Below, piece by piece: positions 1 through 12,416 of a stretch of 64,000 nt of DNA (position 1 is the first letter of the stretch; every line of letters begins with the position of its first letter). Source of the stretch: Eledone cirrhosa (lineage: Eukaryota). Under the pieces are notes generated by a model. The model saw nothing but the letters and a program-made list of their open reading frames with translations, ran no database searches and had not been told where the DNA came from. The stretch spans positions 100,068,001-100,132,000 of the forward strand of contig OZ024745.1 in NCBI GenBank assembly GCA_964016885.1, written 5' to 3'. The position numbers and the translations under genes were made by a program.

Positions 1-199
1 AAAATTTTCCAATCATATTTTAAATTTGGGGTGGAGAAATGGGGTTCCTCTGAAGGAGTAATGTTACTCGATAGAGTGCATATCTCAGAGATCAGAAAGT
101 CACTCCAGTAGAGCTTCTACATCATAGAATTGAGAGATCAAAGCTCCGATTCTATGAGCATGAGGTTAGAATGCCTCAGGAAAGAAATCCCTAGAAAGA

Positions 200-396
200 T
201 TTTATTGGCAAAGCAATCAATCCTTGAGCTTGGCTGGTCTCACTTGGGGATCAAACTGGATCAGTTAGAGACAGTTGCTTCTGGTAGGACTTGCTGGAAG
301 GTGTGTTTGAGAACTCTGACCCATGACCCACTCAGGAATATATGGGAGAAGAAGAAGAAGAAGAAGAAGAAGAAGAAGAAGAAGAAGAAGAAGAAG
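200..396 (+). mobile_element. RTE-like LINE 3' end with (GAA)n tail; family also at 6165-6425 and 62235-62415
   Basis: Shared ttggctggtc...ggatc...gttgcttc...caggaata followed by GAA repeats; GKRPRGRPQTRWLD in the 6153 ORF. Confidence 0.75.
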
Positions 397-1084
397 GAAA
401 AAAAAGGAGGAGGGGGATGTGATTCTAAAATTTCTTTTCTAAACAGTTAATGATTAAGAATGAGAATTTCCATAATTTTGAGAATGTTTCAAACTAATTA
501 GATATTTGATCAAGAGACATGCAATGAGAAATCAAAGGAAATATTAAGAAAATATGAAGCATGCACAGAAAAGAAGCTGCCTAAAACATCTATATGAATT
601 TTCAAGGGAAAAATACAGAGACATTGTATCTATTTCCTGTCAGTTATTTTATGTAAATGGAGAAGGTAAAGAAATATTTATTTATTAGTGACAGTAAACA
701 ATGTCAAAAATTAACACTATTAAAACAATTAGATTGAAGTATATAGAATCTTTTATGATATTATCTCAAGCCAGAGTGTTTGAAAGAGCTAATATTTATT
801 TGGTATTTATTTTATACAATTGGTTCATGGTATTTCCTATTACAAGAGTGACAAGAGAGCATCAATAACTTGGTGGTGCAGAGAACTTTGTTCAAAGAGT
901 ACCAATTTGTCACCAATATATATATATATGCAAAAGATATAAATATATATATATATATGTTATTAGGTGGGTAACTTGTAGTCATTAGTGGTGATGCTGG
1001 TTGAAGCACTCAATGCTATTACTGTGTATTCTCTCGTTAGGTTGTGCTCCAGGTTTAAGGCGGCTGTAGTTTGCAGAGTATATA

Positions 1085-1287
1085 TAGAGTGACAATAAGA
1101 ATTGCAGCTTTTTGTAAACTTTATTACATATTACAATTTCTTTCCATATCGATCTGCTCAAGATTGATCAGGTGTCAATTAAGAATCGGTATCCGATCAC
1201 ATGATCACACCCGTGCTGATCGCTATGGAAACAAATTGTAATATGTAATAAAGTTTACAAAACGCGACAATTCTTATTGTCACTTTA
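1085..1287. mobile_element. Tc1/mariner-type MITE with ~70-bp TIRs in TA context
   Basis: agtgacaataagaattg...ccatatcgatc pairs with gatcgctatgg...caattcttattgtcact. Confidence 0.7.
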
Positions 1288-1295
1288 TGTATATA

Positions 1296-1362
<67 letters not shown>

Positions 1363-1524
1363 AAAACATTGATGTAATTCAATTCAAGAACTTATATATA
1401 TATATATACACATACATATCATGTTTCTGGAATGCTCAGCCACTTGCACGTTATTTTCACAAGCAGGCTGTTCTGTTGATTGTATCAACTGGAACATTCA
1501 TCGTCATAACCGATGGAGTGCTAT

Positions 1525-1572
<48 letters not shown>

Positions 1573-1787
1573 ACATATATATGGAAAGTTAACCAGGAAT
1601 CTTTCAAAATCTCCCCACCGAAGTTAACAAAGAACTTACTAGATCTACAAAACCAAATTGTAAAATCATAATATTATAAAATTAAATTAAATTGTTTAGA
1701 ACTACAGGTGAAGTCATTCTTTTCCTATTTTAAAATATACCTAACTGTACTAAGGATTTCACACATTTTGCAATATATATATATCTA

Positions 1788-1900
1788 ATGTCTGTCTTGA
1801 GCCAGAAGGCTCATTTGGCCAGAGCTTATCCCGGTTTCAAGGCATGAAGCAACTGAGAGTACGTACAAGACTCCCCCCTGGACAGGACGCCAGTCCATCG

Positions 1901-1903
<3 letters not shown>
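1788..1903 (-). mobile_element. V-SINE-like fragment between (TA)n tracts
   Basis: Minus-strand gcgatggactggcgtcctgtccaggg resembles the V-SINE domain (recalled). Confidence 0.45.
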
Positions 1904-1941
<38 letters not shown>

Positions 1942-2254
1942 GCATGTATGTATGTATGTACAACAGGTTTATGCATAAGTTTTCATCTACCAAATTTCCC
2001 TCACAAAATATAGGTGAATGTGAGGCCATAGTAGAAAACACTTGTCAAGGTGCTGTTTACAGGGAACCTGTGACACCTGTGACACCTGGAACAAGGTAGT
2101 TGAGAGAAAGAAGATACTGTAGACTACCTGAAATTATGGAAACATAGGCTTACGATGTCAAATAATTTTTAATTTCCTTGATCTATGGATATTTTATTTA
2201 AATTAAATATTAGAAAAATATAATTAAAAAACTATTTACATATTTCTATGGTAA

Positions 2255-2545
2255 GGGATGCCTTCATGATTCAATCAATGGGGCTGCTTGCTTGTGAAAT
2301 TAACTGGTAAGTGACTGAGCATTCCGTAGACCCGTGCACTCTTAACATAGTTCACAGAGAGACAGTATGTTATAAGGCTGGACCCTTGAATTACAGATAC
2401 AACTCATTTTTGCCAACTGAGTGAACTGGAGCAGTGTGAAATATAGTGTCTTGCTCAAGGACACAATATGCTACCTGGTCTGAGAATTGAAATCATGATT
2501 TCATGATCACAAGCTGATCACCCTAACCACTAAGCCATGCACCAT
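2255..2545 (-). mobile_element. tRNA-headed SINE related to family B
   Basis: gtgtcttgctcaaggacac...ctaaccactaagccatg; head also at about 28115-28215. Confidence 0.65.
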
Positions 2546-3374
2546 CACTCTCTGGTAGTAGTGTATTACTTTACTTACAAGTTTTAGAGTATGATAGTAT
2601 ATTTTTCATTTAATTTTATTCTTTTTAATATATTGGTTTTCAATTTTGTCTAAAATGCTATAATGAAGATATTCAGTTTAAAGGATATTTTATTACTATC
2701 AATAGTCTATGTAATTTCAACATTTTAATAACATACATTAAATTAAACATAGCTTTAACCAAATGTTAATTGAGAAAATGAATTAATCTGTTTCTATGAT
2801 TAAATATGAAAGAATTACTTTTTTGATGTTATAATGTTATAGAATAATTTATTCTCTAAATATAATTTTAAATTTGAGAAGATTTAAAACTAATATTTGA
2901 AACTATTAAGAAATAAAATTGAATCATGCATTGAATAACAGAAATAATTTGGCCAAAGAAAGTTGTGTTTTATTATTATTAAGATACTTATTTTATAAAA
3001 ATTAGATTATATTTAGACTACTAACTCACACAAATGTGGTCTATTATACTTAAACTTACTTTCTTTTCATGTACATGTCTGTAATATAACCATATACGTT
3101 TGTAATATAATGATAGATTTTCTGAATTTCTAATAAGATTTAATAATAGCAGAAGAGGAGTTTCCAAAAAATTCTTTATGCAAAAAAATTCAAACAAATA
3201 TGCAAAAGACAAAAAGTAAGACAGAAACCCAGAAGAAATCAAAATGAAGAAAAATCATCAACAGAACACTCAAACAGACAACTTAAAGAATGCAATACAT
3301 TATACTTTAGACAGAAGTATTATGAGTGGAATATTGCATAAGACATTGAACCAAATAAAGAAATACACACAAAC

Positions 3375-3467
3375 AGGGCCATTATTAAGTTTCTCTTCAT
3401 TTATGGAACTAGAAGAAGTCATTTTAGTTGGTTCAGCAGTGATTGATGGATTTAAGCTGGCAGAAAC
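3375..3467 (-). CDS. Possible downstream Ser/Thr-rich exon (VSASLNPSITAEPTKMTSSSSINEEKLNNGP)
   Basis: Good acceptor (cttttcattcactgcag), open in phase 0 for 93 nt to a gtttgt donor, or reads through to TAA at 3300-3302. Confidence 0.45.
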
Positions 3468-4209
3468 CTGCAGTGAATGAAAAGAAGCACAAGCATATAT
3501 ATGAAAAACTGAAAAAAAATTAAAAACTTTTGTTACTGTTAACTCCAGTATATGTCTATAATTATAATACAGTATGATTAAATATTAAATTAAATAACAT
3601 CGGTAGATAATATCAATCAGTTCTGGTTTAAATTATTACAGGATTCTTCTAAAGATCATTTTAATAACTGGGCAGTAGATAGAAAAGTTTTCTTTGAGAA
3701 ATTTGAATATATTTATGTTGTAATTTTGAGTGGGAATCAGTGTTTTTAAAGTTTTACTTTTTCTATATACAAAGAAAGTAAGGTTTATGACATTATAAAC
3801 ATAATGAAGTTTTCAAATTTTATAATAACTAAAATGTAAACTGCTGATTCTAATTTGAGCAGAGGTTCCCAAACCTGTTTTGGACTACCACTTCCTTTTA
3901 GAAAATATGTTATCATCAGTAAAGTTGATTGAAAATTAATTATACATTGAATATCAATTTTTAATATAAAAACAAATGTTATTCGAGCATTTGTAACAGT
4001 TTTACAAGCAAGTATTAATTTGTATTCTTTGTTCCATTACTCCATCAATTCTACTTGCCTTCTAATGACCCCTTTACCCTATCTCCCAATGCCTCCCCTG
4101 AGTCTCCCTGCTCCCATGGAGGGGCATATAACGTCCAGTTTAGAATTACTGATTCAGAGGAATGTGTGAAATGTAAAATATGAATGCAAAAGATATTGAT
4201 GTTAATGAT

Positions 4210-4400
4210 ATAATAATAAATGAAAATTATTTTGTACAGTGCTGAGGTGCACTACAACTCATCAAAGATGCATGTATAGTACATAGAATAATGTACAAAT
4301 GTTAAGAAAGTGAACAGTGTATAAGTCATGATATATATAGACACATATGTATATGCGTGCATATGTATGGAGAGGGAATACCAGGTGTAGTGTTGCCAAA
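4210..4400 (-). mobile_element. LINE-like 3' end with (AAT)n tail; copies at about 13470-13610, 21310-21385 (reversed) and 50715-50800
   Basis: Shared gtacagtgctcaggtgcactacaactcatcaaaggtgcatgtatagtacatagaataatgtac. Confidence 0.6.
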
Positions 4401-5148
4401 TTTTGGGCAGCATGTATATATATATTACATTATTTCTGACATAGTTTGTAAAATAAAAATTAAACATGATGCAAGGACTAAAAAGGATAGTAACAAATAC
4501 ATTAAACACACATGATATGCTACATGTTTCGGAAATATTTTAATTTCATAATCTCTGAAACTGAGGTTTCAGCAACACTCCATTAGTGAAGCTTTGAGTA
4601 GCCCTGTATACTATCCTTAGAAACCCTTCTTTAATATTTCTAATAGTGTTTACTCAACATGCAGTCATTCATTTCATAAATTATTTACTTTTGGAGTTTC
4701 CTCTTACAAATTATTGTCAACCAAACTAAAAATATCTTCTAAGTCCATAATAACTACACCAAATATACCTTGATAGTCTCTCTTCTCTGATCTAAGAAAT
4801 TGCAGAAAAGTCTATTGGCAATTGCCTCTAGCATGACAAAGAATATAGAAATTATATTTTTATGTGCATATGAAAGATTGTAAAATTATTTATCATTTTA
4901 ATTATAACAGAAAGAAGATTTAGTTATAACTATTGAAACTTAACCCTTTAGCATTTAAACCAGCCATATCCGGCCAGAATTCTCTCACCTCTTTCTGTTC
5001 AAACAGGCTTTAACCAGCTGCTCCGACTTATGTTGAGGTATTATTCTCCAAATAAATAATATCAAAATTTCATAGATCCAATATTATGTGAGATAATTAT
5101 GTGAGATAAAGTGTTTACCATGAAAATATAATAATATATATATAGAGT

Positions 5149-5337
5149 AATTGTTTCTACTTTTGGCACAAGGCCAGCAATTACCCAGTGCATTACTGGT
5201 ACTTTATTTTATTGATCCCGTAAGGATGAAAGGCAAAGTTAACCTCAGCGGGATTTGAACTCAGAATGGCAAGGGCCGTAACTCTATGCGTTAAAGCATG
5301 GCGTCCGACCCTCTACCGATACTGCCAATCTACCGCC
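5149..5337 (-). mobile_element. tRNA-derived SINE family A, nested in a piggyBac MITE
   Basis: Minus-strand A box TGGCAGTATCGG, B box GAGTTCAAATCC, conserved gcctttcatccttacggg.tc.ataaaataaagtacca body, AT-rich tail. Confidence 0.85.
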
Positions 5338-6164
5338 CCTGTGGATATATAGAGTAATATATATATGGATATATATGTGGATATATATATATAGAGTAAT
5401 GGAAATGCTAAAGGGTTCAAGTTGTTTCTTCCTCTTTTGTTTCATTTGTCATAGTTTTTTTCCATGTTTATCCTAATGTAATCTTAATTTTGAGTTGTTT
5501 TGTTATTAATTTCAACTTAATAATTCATTCTTCTTTACTTCTAAAGCAACTGGCAAAATCACTTAACTTTAACATATTTAAAGTAAGATTTTATTCAAAT
5601 TTTTCTTCTACAGAAAGCAAATATTGATGGTTATAGTAATGCTTGATGAAATGTACCTAGGACTACAGGCACTTCATGATGATCATCATTTTACACCAGC
5701 TTTCTATGTTGGTGTGAACTGGATGAGTTATCACAGTCTAAGACTAGATGTGGCAAAGAATCATGTCTTGTTGATTGATATGTTCCACTTTTGGCATGGT
5801 TTCTTCATCTAGATACCCTTCCTGATGCTAATCACATTAGAGAGTGCACTAGGTGCATTTTATCATGGCACCAGCAATAGAAAGGCAGAACAAAATTAAA
5901 TGAGTCCTCTCAACTTTATACTGTCATCATTTGAATGCTAATCATTTTACAGAGTGTACAGGGTGCATAAAAAAAATACATCTGATGACTTTCTTCAGCT
6001 TGGCCTTAATTCCAGTTGGAATTGTCATAACTTTTCATTTCTTTTCTCTTAGGAAATATTAAATTATTCAGGTTATACTGAGATTTGGGCAGGGGTCAAC
6101 ATATCAAACTTTGAATAATACAATCAAAATCAGTACTGTATTGTGAAGATGATTGACTAATATA

Positions 6165-6425
6165 TTATACATTATGAGGATGGTCAGAATATCTCAAAAA
6201 AGAATTGCTGGACAGATGATTTCACAGGCAAAGCCAACCGGCAAGAGACCCAGGGGTAGACCCCAAACAAGATGGTTGGATAACATCCATAATTTGGCTG
6301 GTCATGCTTGGAGATCCAGCCGGATCATTTGGAGATGGTTGCTTCAGACAGGACCCGCTGGAGGGAATGTTTGAGGACTCTGCCTCCACGATCCTCTCAG
6401 GAATAAGTGGTCGAAGAAGAAGAAT
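6165..6425 (+). mobile_element. RTE-like LINE 3' end
   Basis: KPTGKRPRGRPQTRWLDNI, GAA tail. Confidence 0.75.
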
Positions 6426-6830
6426 GGTAGGATTAGCAGAATTGGTAAAGTTACAGACAAAATGCCATACAGTATTTAGTTACATATCTTTATACTCTGA
6501 ATTCAAATTCTGCCAGACTTGTCTTTAGCTTTCATTCTTTTGGGGTTGATAAAAATAAGTTCCAATTAAGAATTGATTCAGTATGGTCACTCTCCCACCA
6601 GAATTAAAAAAAATTAGGGCCTTTTGTTTTTATTAGAAATCAATATATTAGACTTTATTATGTAAGACACTGGAATTGATTCAATCAAAAATACCTGCTT
6701 GATTTAAGAACAAGAGACTTTTGATGAAGAATGAAATCATCAATATTAATAATCAATTTATGGAGAAGGAGAAAGAAGTTGTTGGTTTTTAATGTCAACC
6801 ACGTTACAGTTTATACAGAGAGCATTTTGC

Positions 6831-7800
6831 ATGGCACCAGCTCTATCACCTAACAGGGTGGACTGGGAGGTTTTTTGTGGTACCAGCACTACCAATTTAT
6901 AGGGTGGATTTGGTGTTTTTCATCATGGTACCACCACTATCACCTAACAGGGTGGACTGGGAGGTTTTTTGTGGTACCAGCACTACCAATTTATAGGGTG
7001 GATTTGGTGCTTTTCATCATGGTACCACGACTATCACCTAACAGGGTGGACTGGGAGGTTTTTTGTGGTACCAGCACTACCAATTTATAGAGTGGATTTG
7101 GTGCTTTTCATCATGGTACCACCACTATCACCTAACAGGGTGGACTGGGAGGTTTTTTGTGGTACCAGCACTACCAATTTATAGGGTGGATTTGGTGTTT
7201 TTCATCATGGTACCACCACTATCACCTAACAGGGTGGACTGGGAGGTTTTTTGTGGTACCAGCACTACCAATTTATAGGGTGGATTTGGTGCTTTTCATC
7301 ATGGTACCACCACTATCACCTAACAGGGTGGACTGGGAGGTTTTTTGTGGTACCAGCACTACCAATTTATAGGGTGGATTTGGTGATTTTCATCATGGTA
7401 CCACGACTATCACCTAACAGGGTGGACTGGGAGGTTTTTTGTGGTACCAGCACTACCAATTTATAGGGTGGATTTGGTGCTTTTCATCATGGTACCACGA
7501 CTATCACCTAACAGGGTGGACTGGGAGGTTTTTTGTGGTACCAGCACTACCAATTTATAGGGTGGATTTGGTGCTTTTCATCATGGTACCACCACTATCA
7601 CCTAACAGGGTGGACTGGGAGGTTTTTTGTGGCACCAACACCACCAATTTATAGGGTGGATTTGGTGTTTTTCATCGTGGTACCACCACTACCACCTTAC
7701 AGGGTGGAGTTGGAGGTTTTTTTGTGGCACCAACACTACCAATTTATAGGGTGAATTTGGTGCTTTTCATCATGCTATTAGCACTGCCACTTTACAGGGT
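6831..7800. repeat. Minisatellite: about 10 x 94-bp unit made of two related ~47-bp halves
   Basis: ORF starts recur every 94 bp; unexpanded homologue at about 18220-18442. Confidence 0.95.
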
Positions 7801-8268
7801 AGACTAGATGTTAGTCACTGTTGCACCAGCAATACTACCTCACAGAGTGGGCTGGGTGTACCTTATGTCACCAGCACTATTACCTCACAGAGTGGGCTGG
7901 GTGTACCTTATGTCACCAGCTCTATCTCATTACAGAATTAGGGGGGGTGCTCGTTGTGTCCTTGACTCAGCTGTATGATTGGCAGGTAGAAGATTAAGTT
8001 GTAAAACTATTAGATTCAAATTGCAAAAATCATTCTATGCTAATTATCATGGAATAAATGAATGTAAGATTAATAACAACTATTTGGAGGTGGATTAGCT
8101 GAATCAGTAGAGCATTGAACAAATTCTGCTGTAGTCAATTTTGTCTTTCATCCTTCTGGGGTTGATAGTTAAAATTCCTGATAAGTACTGGGAGGTTTAT
8201 TTAATCAATTTTGCCCCTCTCCACAAATTGCTGAACTTTCCCTTAGATTAGAAACCAGAATTAATAAT

Positions 8269-8485
8269 GATTTCTAGTATAGGCACAAGGCCTGTAATTT
8301 TGGGGGAGGGGAAAGTCAATTAAATCGACCCCTGTACGTTACTGGTGCTTTATTTTATCGACCCCGTAAGGATGAAAGGCAAAGTTAACTTTGGCGGGAT
8401 TTGAACTCAGATAATGAAGGGTCATAACTCTATGCTGCAAAGCATGGTGTCAGACGCTCTAATGATACTGCCAATCCATCGCCCT
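8269..8485 (-). mobile_element. SINE family A with 16-bp TSD
   Basis: TSD aaccagaattaataat at 8253-8268 and 8486-8501. Confidence 0.88.
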
Positions 8486-9222
8486 AACCAGAATTAATAA
8501 TAGAAAGTATTTAGTTGACAAATAGAGTGGGACTATATTCTGTAGGGTATTTCACTTAGCACCTCATAGTTTTACATTCAAATTCTGTTTATCAAGAGAC
8601 TGATGATAAATCTCATTTATCATGGATTGTAATGTCATTTAGTATGAAAAAATTAAGAAAAATATAAAATTTCCACAACTAAAGTTCTCTCTTATCTTTA
8701 AATTATTAGAAAGTGTTACTAAAAAGAGTATAAGGCAATACATTTTAAAGAAATATAATGCATTATATCAGTTGTTTTTAGCTTTTTTGCTACATACCCT
8801 ACCATGGCACCTCAAAGAATTTGATGCCCTGCCACAATATTGAAATGTCCTATATTAAAAATTAACCCCTTTCCCCACAGCCACTTATCTATGTGATTTG
8901 TCCCCCACCCCATACGGAAAATGACTGCATTATTGCACGGAGAATTTTCATGTCTATTTTAATTAAATATGATGTCAGCTTTAAGTTACTTCAAAATCAC
9001 ACTAGATTTATATGAATGTTGCGCTGATAAAAATGCTAGTACTTGGTATTTATTTGTGTTGAGGTCACCTGATCTGAAAATAGTGACATCAAGTGTACTT
9101 GAATACTGAATTGTAACAATTTATGCAAACATCTTAATTTATAGAACTATCTATGATTAACATAAAGAAGATTTAAACTGTTAAAAACAAAACAAAGATA
9201 TAAACCAATAACAAAAATTTAA

Positions 9223-9506
9223 ATAATTTTGAAAACCATACAATGCACTAGAAAGAAAATCAAGATTGCTAAGATAACAAAAGAATCTTACCGTAACAAA
9301 TTTGATAATCCCAAATATTTTCGGGTTTAAAAACCCATTATCAAGGGAGTATCCCTATGAGAGACTTAAAAGAGGGACACTCCCTTGATAATAGGTTTTT
9401 AAACCCGAAAATATTTGGGGTTATCAAATTTGCTAAGGTAAGATTCTTTTGTTATCTTAGCAATCTTGATTTTCTATCTAGTGCATTGTATGGTTTTCAA
9501 AATTAT
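9223..9506. mobile_element. Long fold-back element with degenerate hammerhead-like core
   Basis: 134-bp arms, 16-nt loop, 6 mismatches by eye; ccc TTGATAA t gggttt-tt-aaaccc GAAA atattt ggg. Confidence 0.6.
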
Positions 9507-9758
9507 CTGAAATTGTGCTTCCTATTCAACAATGCTTCAAGCAAACTACAACACTCTGAAATCAATAACATTTTAAGTGTAGTTTGATAGTTACATAAGT
9601 AAAGGAGAATTACATGCCATTTCTCAAAGTCTGTATACTATTACTAATATCAGGATAAATCCTCAAAAGTTTTGGGGAGGAGGATTATTCATGCTCTTTC
9701 AAAGAATTTATAAAATATATTAAAGAAGAAAACTATGCATAAATATTTCACATATTAC

Positions 9759-9917
9759 TTTATCAGCAGCTATTTTCTGCAGGAGTTGTGATTGGTAGAT
9801 AATATCATCAATGGAAAGACCAATGGAAACATCATTTCCTTTGTCTGATTTGACAAGTTCCATCCCACTGAGTAAGTGAATGAGGTCTGGGATCTTGTTG
9901 ATTGTACATGAGATTTT
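9759..9917 (-). CDS. Possible downstream non-collagenous exon (KISCTINKIPDL...QKIAADK)
   Basis: 159 nt open in phase 0-0 between cacag and gtaata; weak polypyrimidine tract, no recognised homology. Confidence 0.28.
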
Positions 9918-10679
9918 CTGTGTATATATATACATATATATATATATTAATGTCTGCTTATACGCATAGAGCTTAACTAGCTACCGTCACATATTTGGTA
10001 GGTCAGACGTGATCATCGCGATTCACATACGAACTACCATACATCTTGCTTATATATATATATATATATTTTTTTTTTATCGTGAAAGTTTTATTGTAAA
10101 ACAAGGATGTGGTCCACTAACCACAAAGTTCTGATTTCAATTCTGATACTTATCTTCAGCACTGAGTTAGTTGTAAAAAAGTGTTTCTAAGTAGTTAGAA
10201 AGAAAATCTAAAACCCAATCATGTATTATTTATTGAATACCTTCTAAGATAAAAGGAATACTAATACAGTCCTGTTTATTGAATACCTACTAGGATAAAG
10301 GGATTATTCATATAAGAAATTTATATAATCAAATCATATGAACAATATTCTGTAATAAGCAAATGAAATAGATAAACATTGTTAAGAGCAGTATCCACTT
10401 TCATTTGACGATGCAAATCTTATAAAAACTAAAAGAAAAATTGATTCTATGTTGAAAAAATCTTGCCAATCATGACAAAAATAAATGAAGCAATTAATGA
10501 AACATGTTAATGAAATTAATTTTCAGAGTAACGTGCTACATGTGCTAGGATTTGTTTGAGACACTTATGTTGAAATAGAAAATGTATGTAAATGCAAATA
10601 TTTTAAGTGTTTGTCATGTAATTACAGTATAAATAGCTCTTTGATTATATAATATGAAGAATGTCATGCAGGTACTTAC

Positions 10680-10689
10680 CTCATGGAAT
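10680..10689 (-). CDS. Candidate stop-containing microexon (ATT CCA TGA G = IP*) of the collagen
   Basis: ttaatag acceptor, consensus G|gtaagt donor, TGCATG 3 nt after the donor hexamer; phase-0 join gives ...HHPAQIP*. Confidence 0.5.
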
Positions 10690-11726
10690 CTATTAAATTT
10701 TATAACAATCATTTATTTAACATTCAGTATTAAGCTGTTGGAGGTTCATTTTTGTTAACAATTAGTTGTGTTAAATTCAATAGATATGGGAATAGTAGTT
10801 TGAAAAAAGACAAGTCTTTATAAATATTTATATGTATTTAAGGACTCCATATATCCTGAAGTCTTTACTAGATATACATTATGTTTAAAATTAATCAGAT
10901 CTAATAGTTTTAATCAGATCTTATGTTTTATAGATGTATGCACATGAGGACACACAGATATTTATTGTAATTGAAATAACAAATTATCTTTTAAATATTA
11001 AATTTAAAGATAGAATATTCAATAAAGTTATTAAAATGAAATGAAAAATATAAATTAAATGTTTAAGTTTTTGATAAACATCAATAATGCATTTATCATT
11101 TAGATTTAGTTTCTTTGGATTAAAATAAATAAAACTTTACCCCCCCCCCCCATCACTTACAATCGAATATGATTTGGTAGTATGTACCATACCTTTGCCG
11201 TGAGTTTTATGTGCCCATCACAAGCACTCTCGCAACCCTAATACCCCTGATCCAACAGAACATTCAAGATGTGACAGCTGGAAGGAGAAATGGTTGTACA
11301 AGTACTGCACTGGTACTCTCTTTATTGACTCTGAAATGTTGAAAGGCTACATGGACCTCAGCAGGATTTGAACACAGAGTGCAAAATGTCAAAACAAATA
11401 TCCAATGCTCCAACGATTTTGTCAAATTGACCACCATAAAAATTAAAGTAAATACAATTATATTATTGATTGTATATAAAACAAAATGTTTTTTTGCTTA
11501 ATTATAAAATATTAATCTAGTGGCCTAGTTGTTAGAGTGCGGGGCTCATGATCATAAGGTTATAGATTTTATTCCCACTGTTTCATTCAGCTGAAAGTGA
11601 GTAACACCAGCAGCAGCAGCAACAGCAGCTTGGGGTTATCCCTGTCCTGGTTTGGTGCCCCATTCAGAGGGGTGTCGCCCATAAAACAGGGATAAGCTAT
11701 GGGTTTCATTCAATCCATACAAGCAT

Positions 11727-12064
11727 ATAATCATCATTTCATTTTACGTCCGCTTTTCCCTGCTAGCAAGGGTGGGACGGGAACTGATTCTGGCTTGATT
11801 TCTACAGCTGGATGCCCTTCCTAACACCAACCTCATTTACAGTGAGTGCTGGGTGCTTTTATGCCGTGGCACCTCCACGACCACTTTGCAGTGGAATGAT
11901 AGGGACCCCAGTCCTTATCATCTCATTTCTACAGCTGAGTAAACTGGAGCAATGTGAAATAAAGTGTCTTGCTCAAGGAAACAACACATCACCCGGTCTG
12001 AGAATTGAACTCATAACCTTTCGATTGCAAGGCCAATGCTCTAACCACTAAGCCATGTGCCTCC
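11727..12064 (-). mobile_element. tRNA-derived SINE family B, near full length (tRNA head, core, minisatellite, RTE-like tail with (GAT)n)
   Basis: Minus-strand TGGCTTAGTGG A box, GAGTTCAATTC B box, ccttgagcaagacacttt core, aggaagggcatccagctgtagaaa, ATG-repeat tail. Confidence 0.8.
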
Positions 12065-12247
12065 ATATATATATATATAATTTCATTGTATAACATTTTT
12101 TGGATATTTCAATATTTTAAAATTTAATATAATTTCTTTTTTTAAATCAGGTATTTCTGCAGTACTAATTGAACAATTTTCAGTTGAATAAAATAATTTT
12201 TTAAACCACAGGAACATAGCTACAATTTATTTAAATGTCATTTATAT

Positions 12248-12357
12248 TTAGAAAATATTGGTTGTAAGCTGAATGCTGAAACTTGTGAAGGTTCCATTAC
12301 CAGGGAGTGGCAGACCAGTAGGACCAAATAGACAAATTATGTCTATGCTGGAAGACC
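12248..12357 (-). pseudogene. Degenerate tandem duplicate of the MACIT-signature exon (GLP[G][18 protein letters not shown]...)
   Basis: [12 protein letters not shown] vs [12 protein letters not shown] is 9/12 identical with mostly synonymous codon changes; 1-nt deletion near 12348 and no AG at the homologous acceptor. Confidence 0.6.
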
Positions 12358-12366
12358 ATCAACAAA

Positions 12367-12404
12367 CATGCACATGCTGCGACCATCCATGCAAGAAACA
12401 TGCA
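12367..12404 (-). promoter_or_regulatory. RBFOX-type splicing element cluster (3x UGCAUG + 1 GCAUG)
   Basis: catgca on + at 12367-72, 12388-93 and 12399-404, catgc at 12373-77, all within about 50 nt of the 12417 donor. Confidence 0.55.
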
Positions 12405-12416
12405 AAAACAGTTTAC

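Noticed and set aside
130-450. Poly-Lys ORF
   Set aside because: LINE 3' end plus (GAA)n tail.
960-1065. Possible last exon of the collagen (tacag|CCG CCT TAA)
   Set aside because: Only a weak acceptor and locally higher GC; the frame cannot be chosen and there is no supporting motif.
6875-7754. Series of near-identical 71-aa ORFs
   Set aside because: Artefact of the 94-bp tandem repeat.
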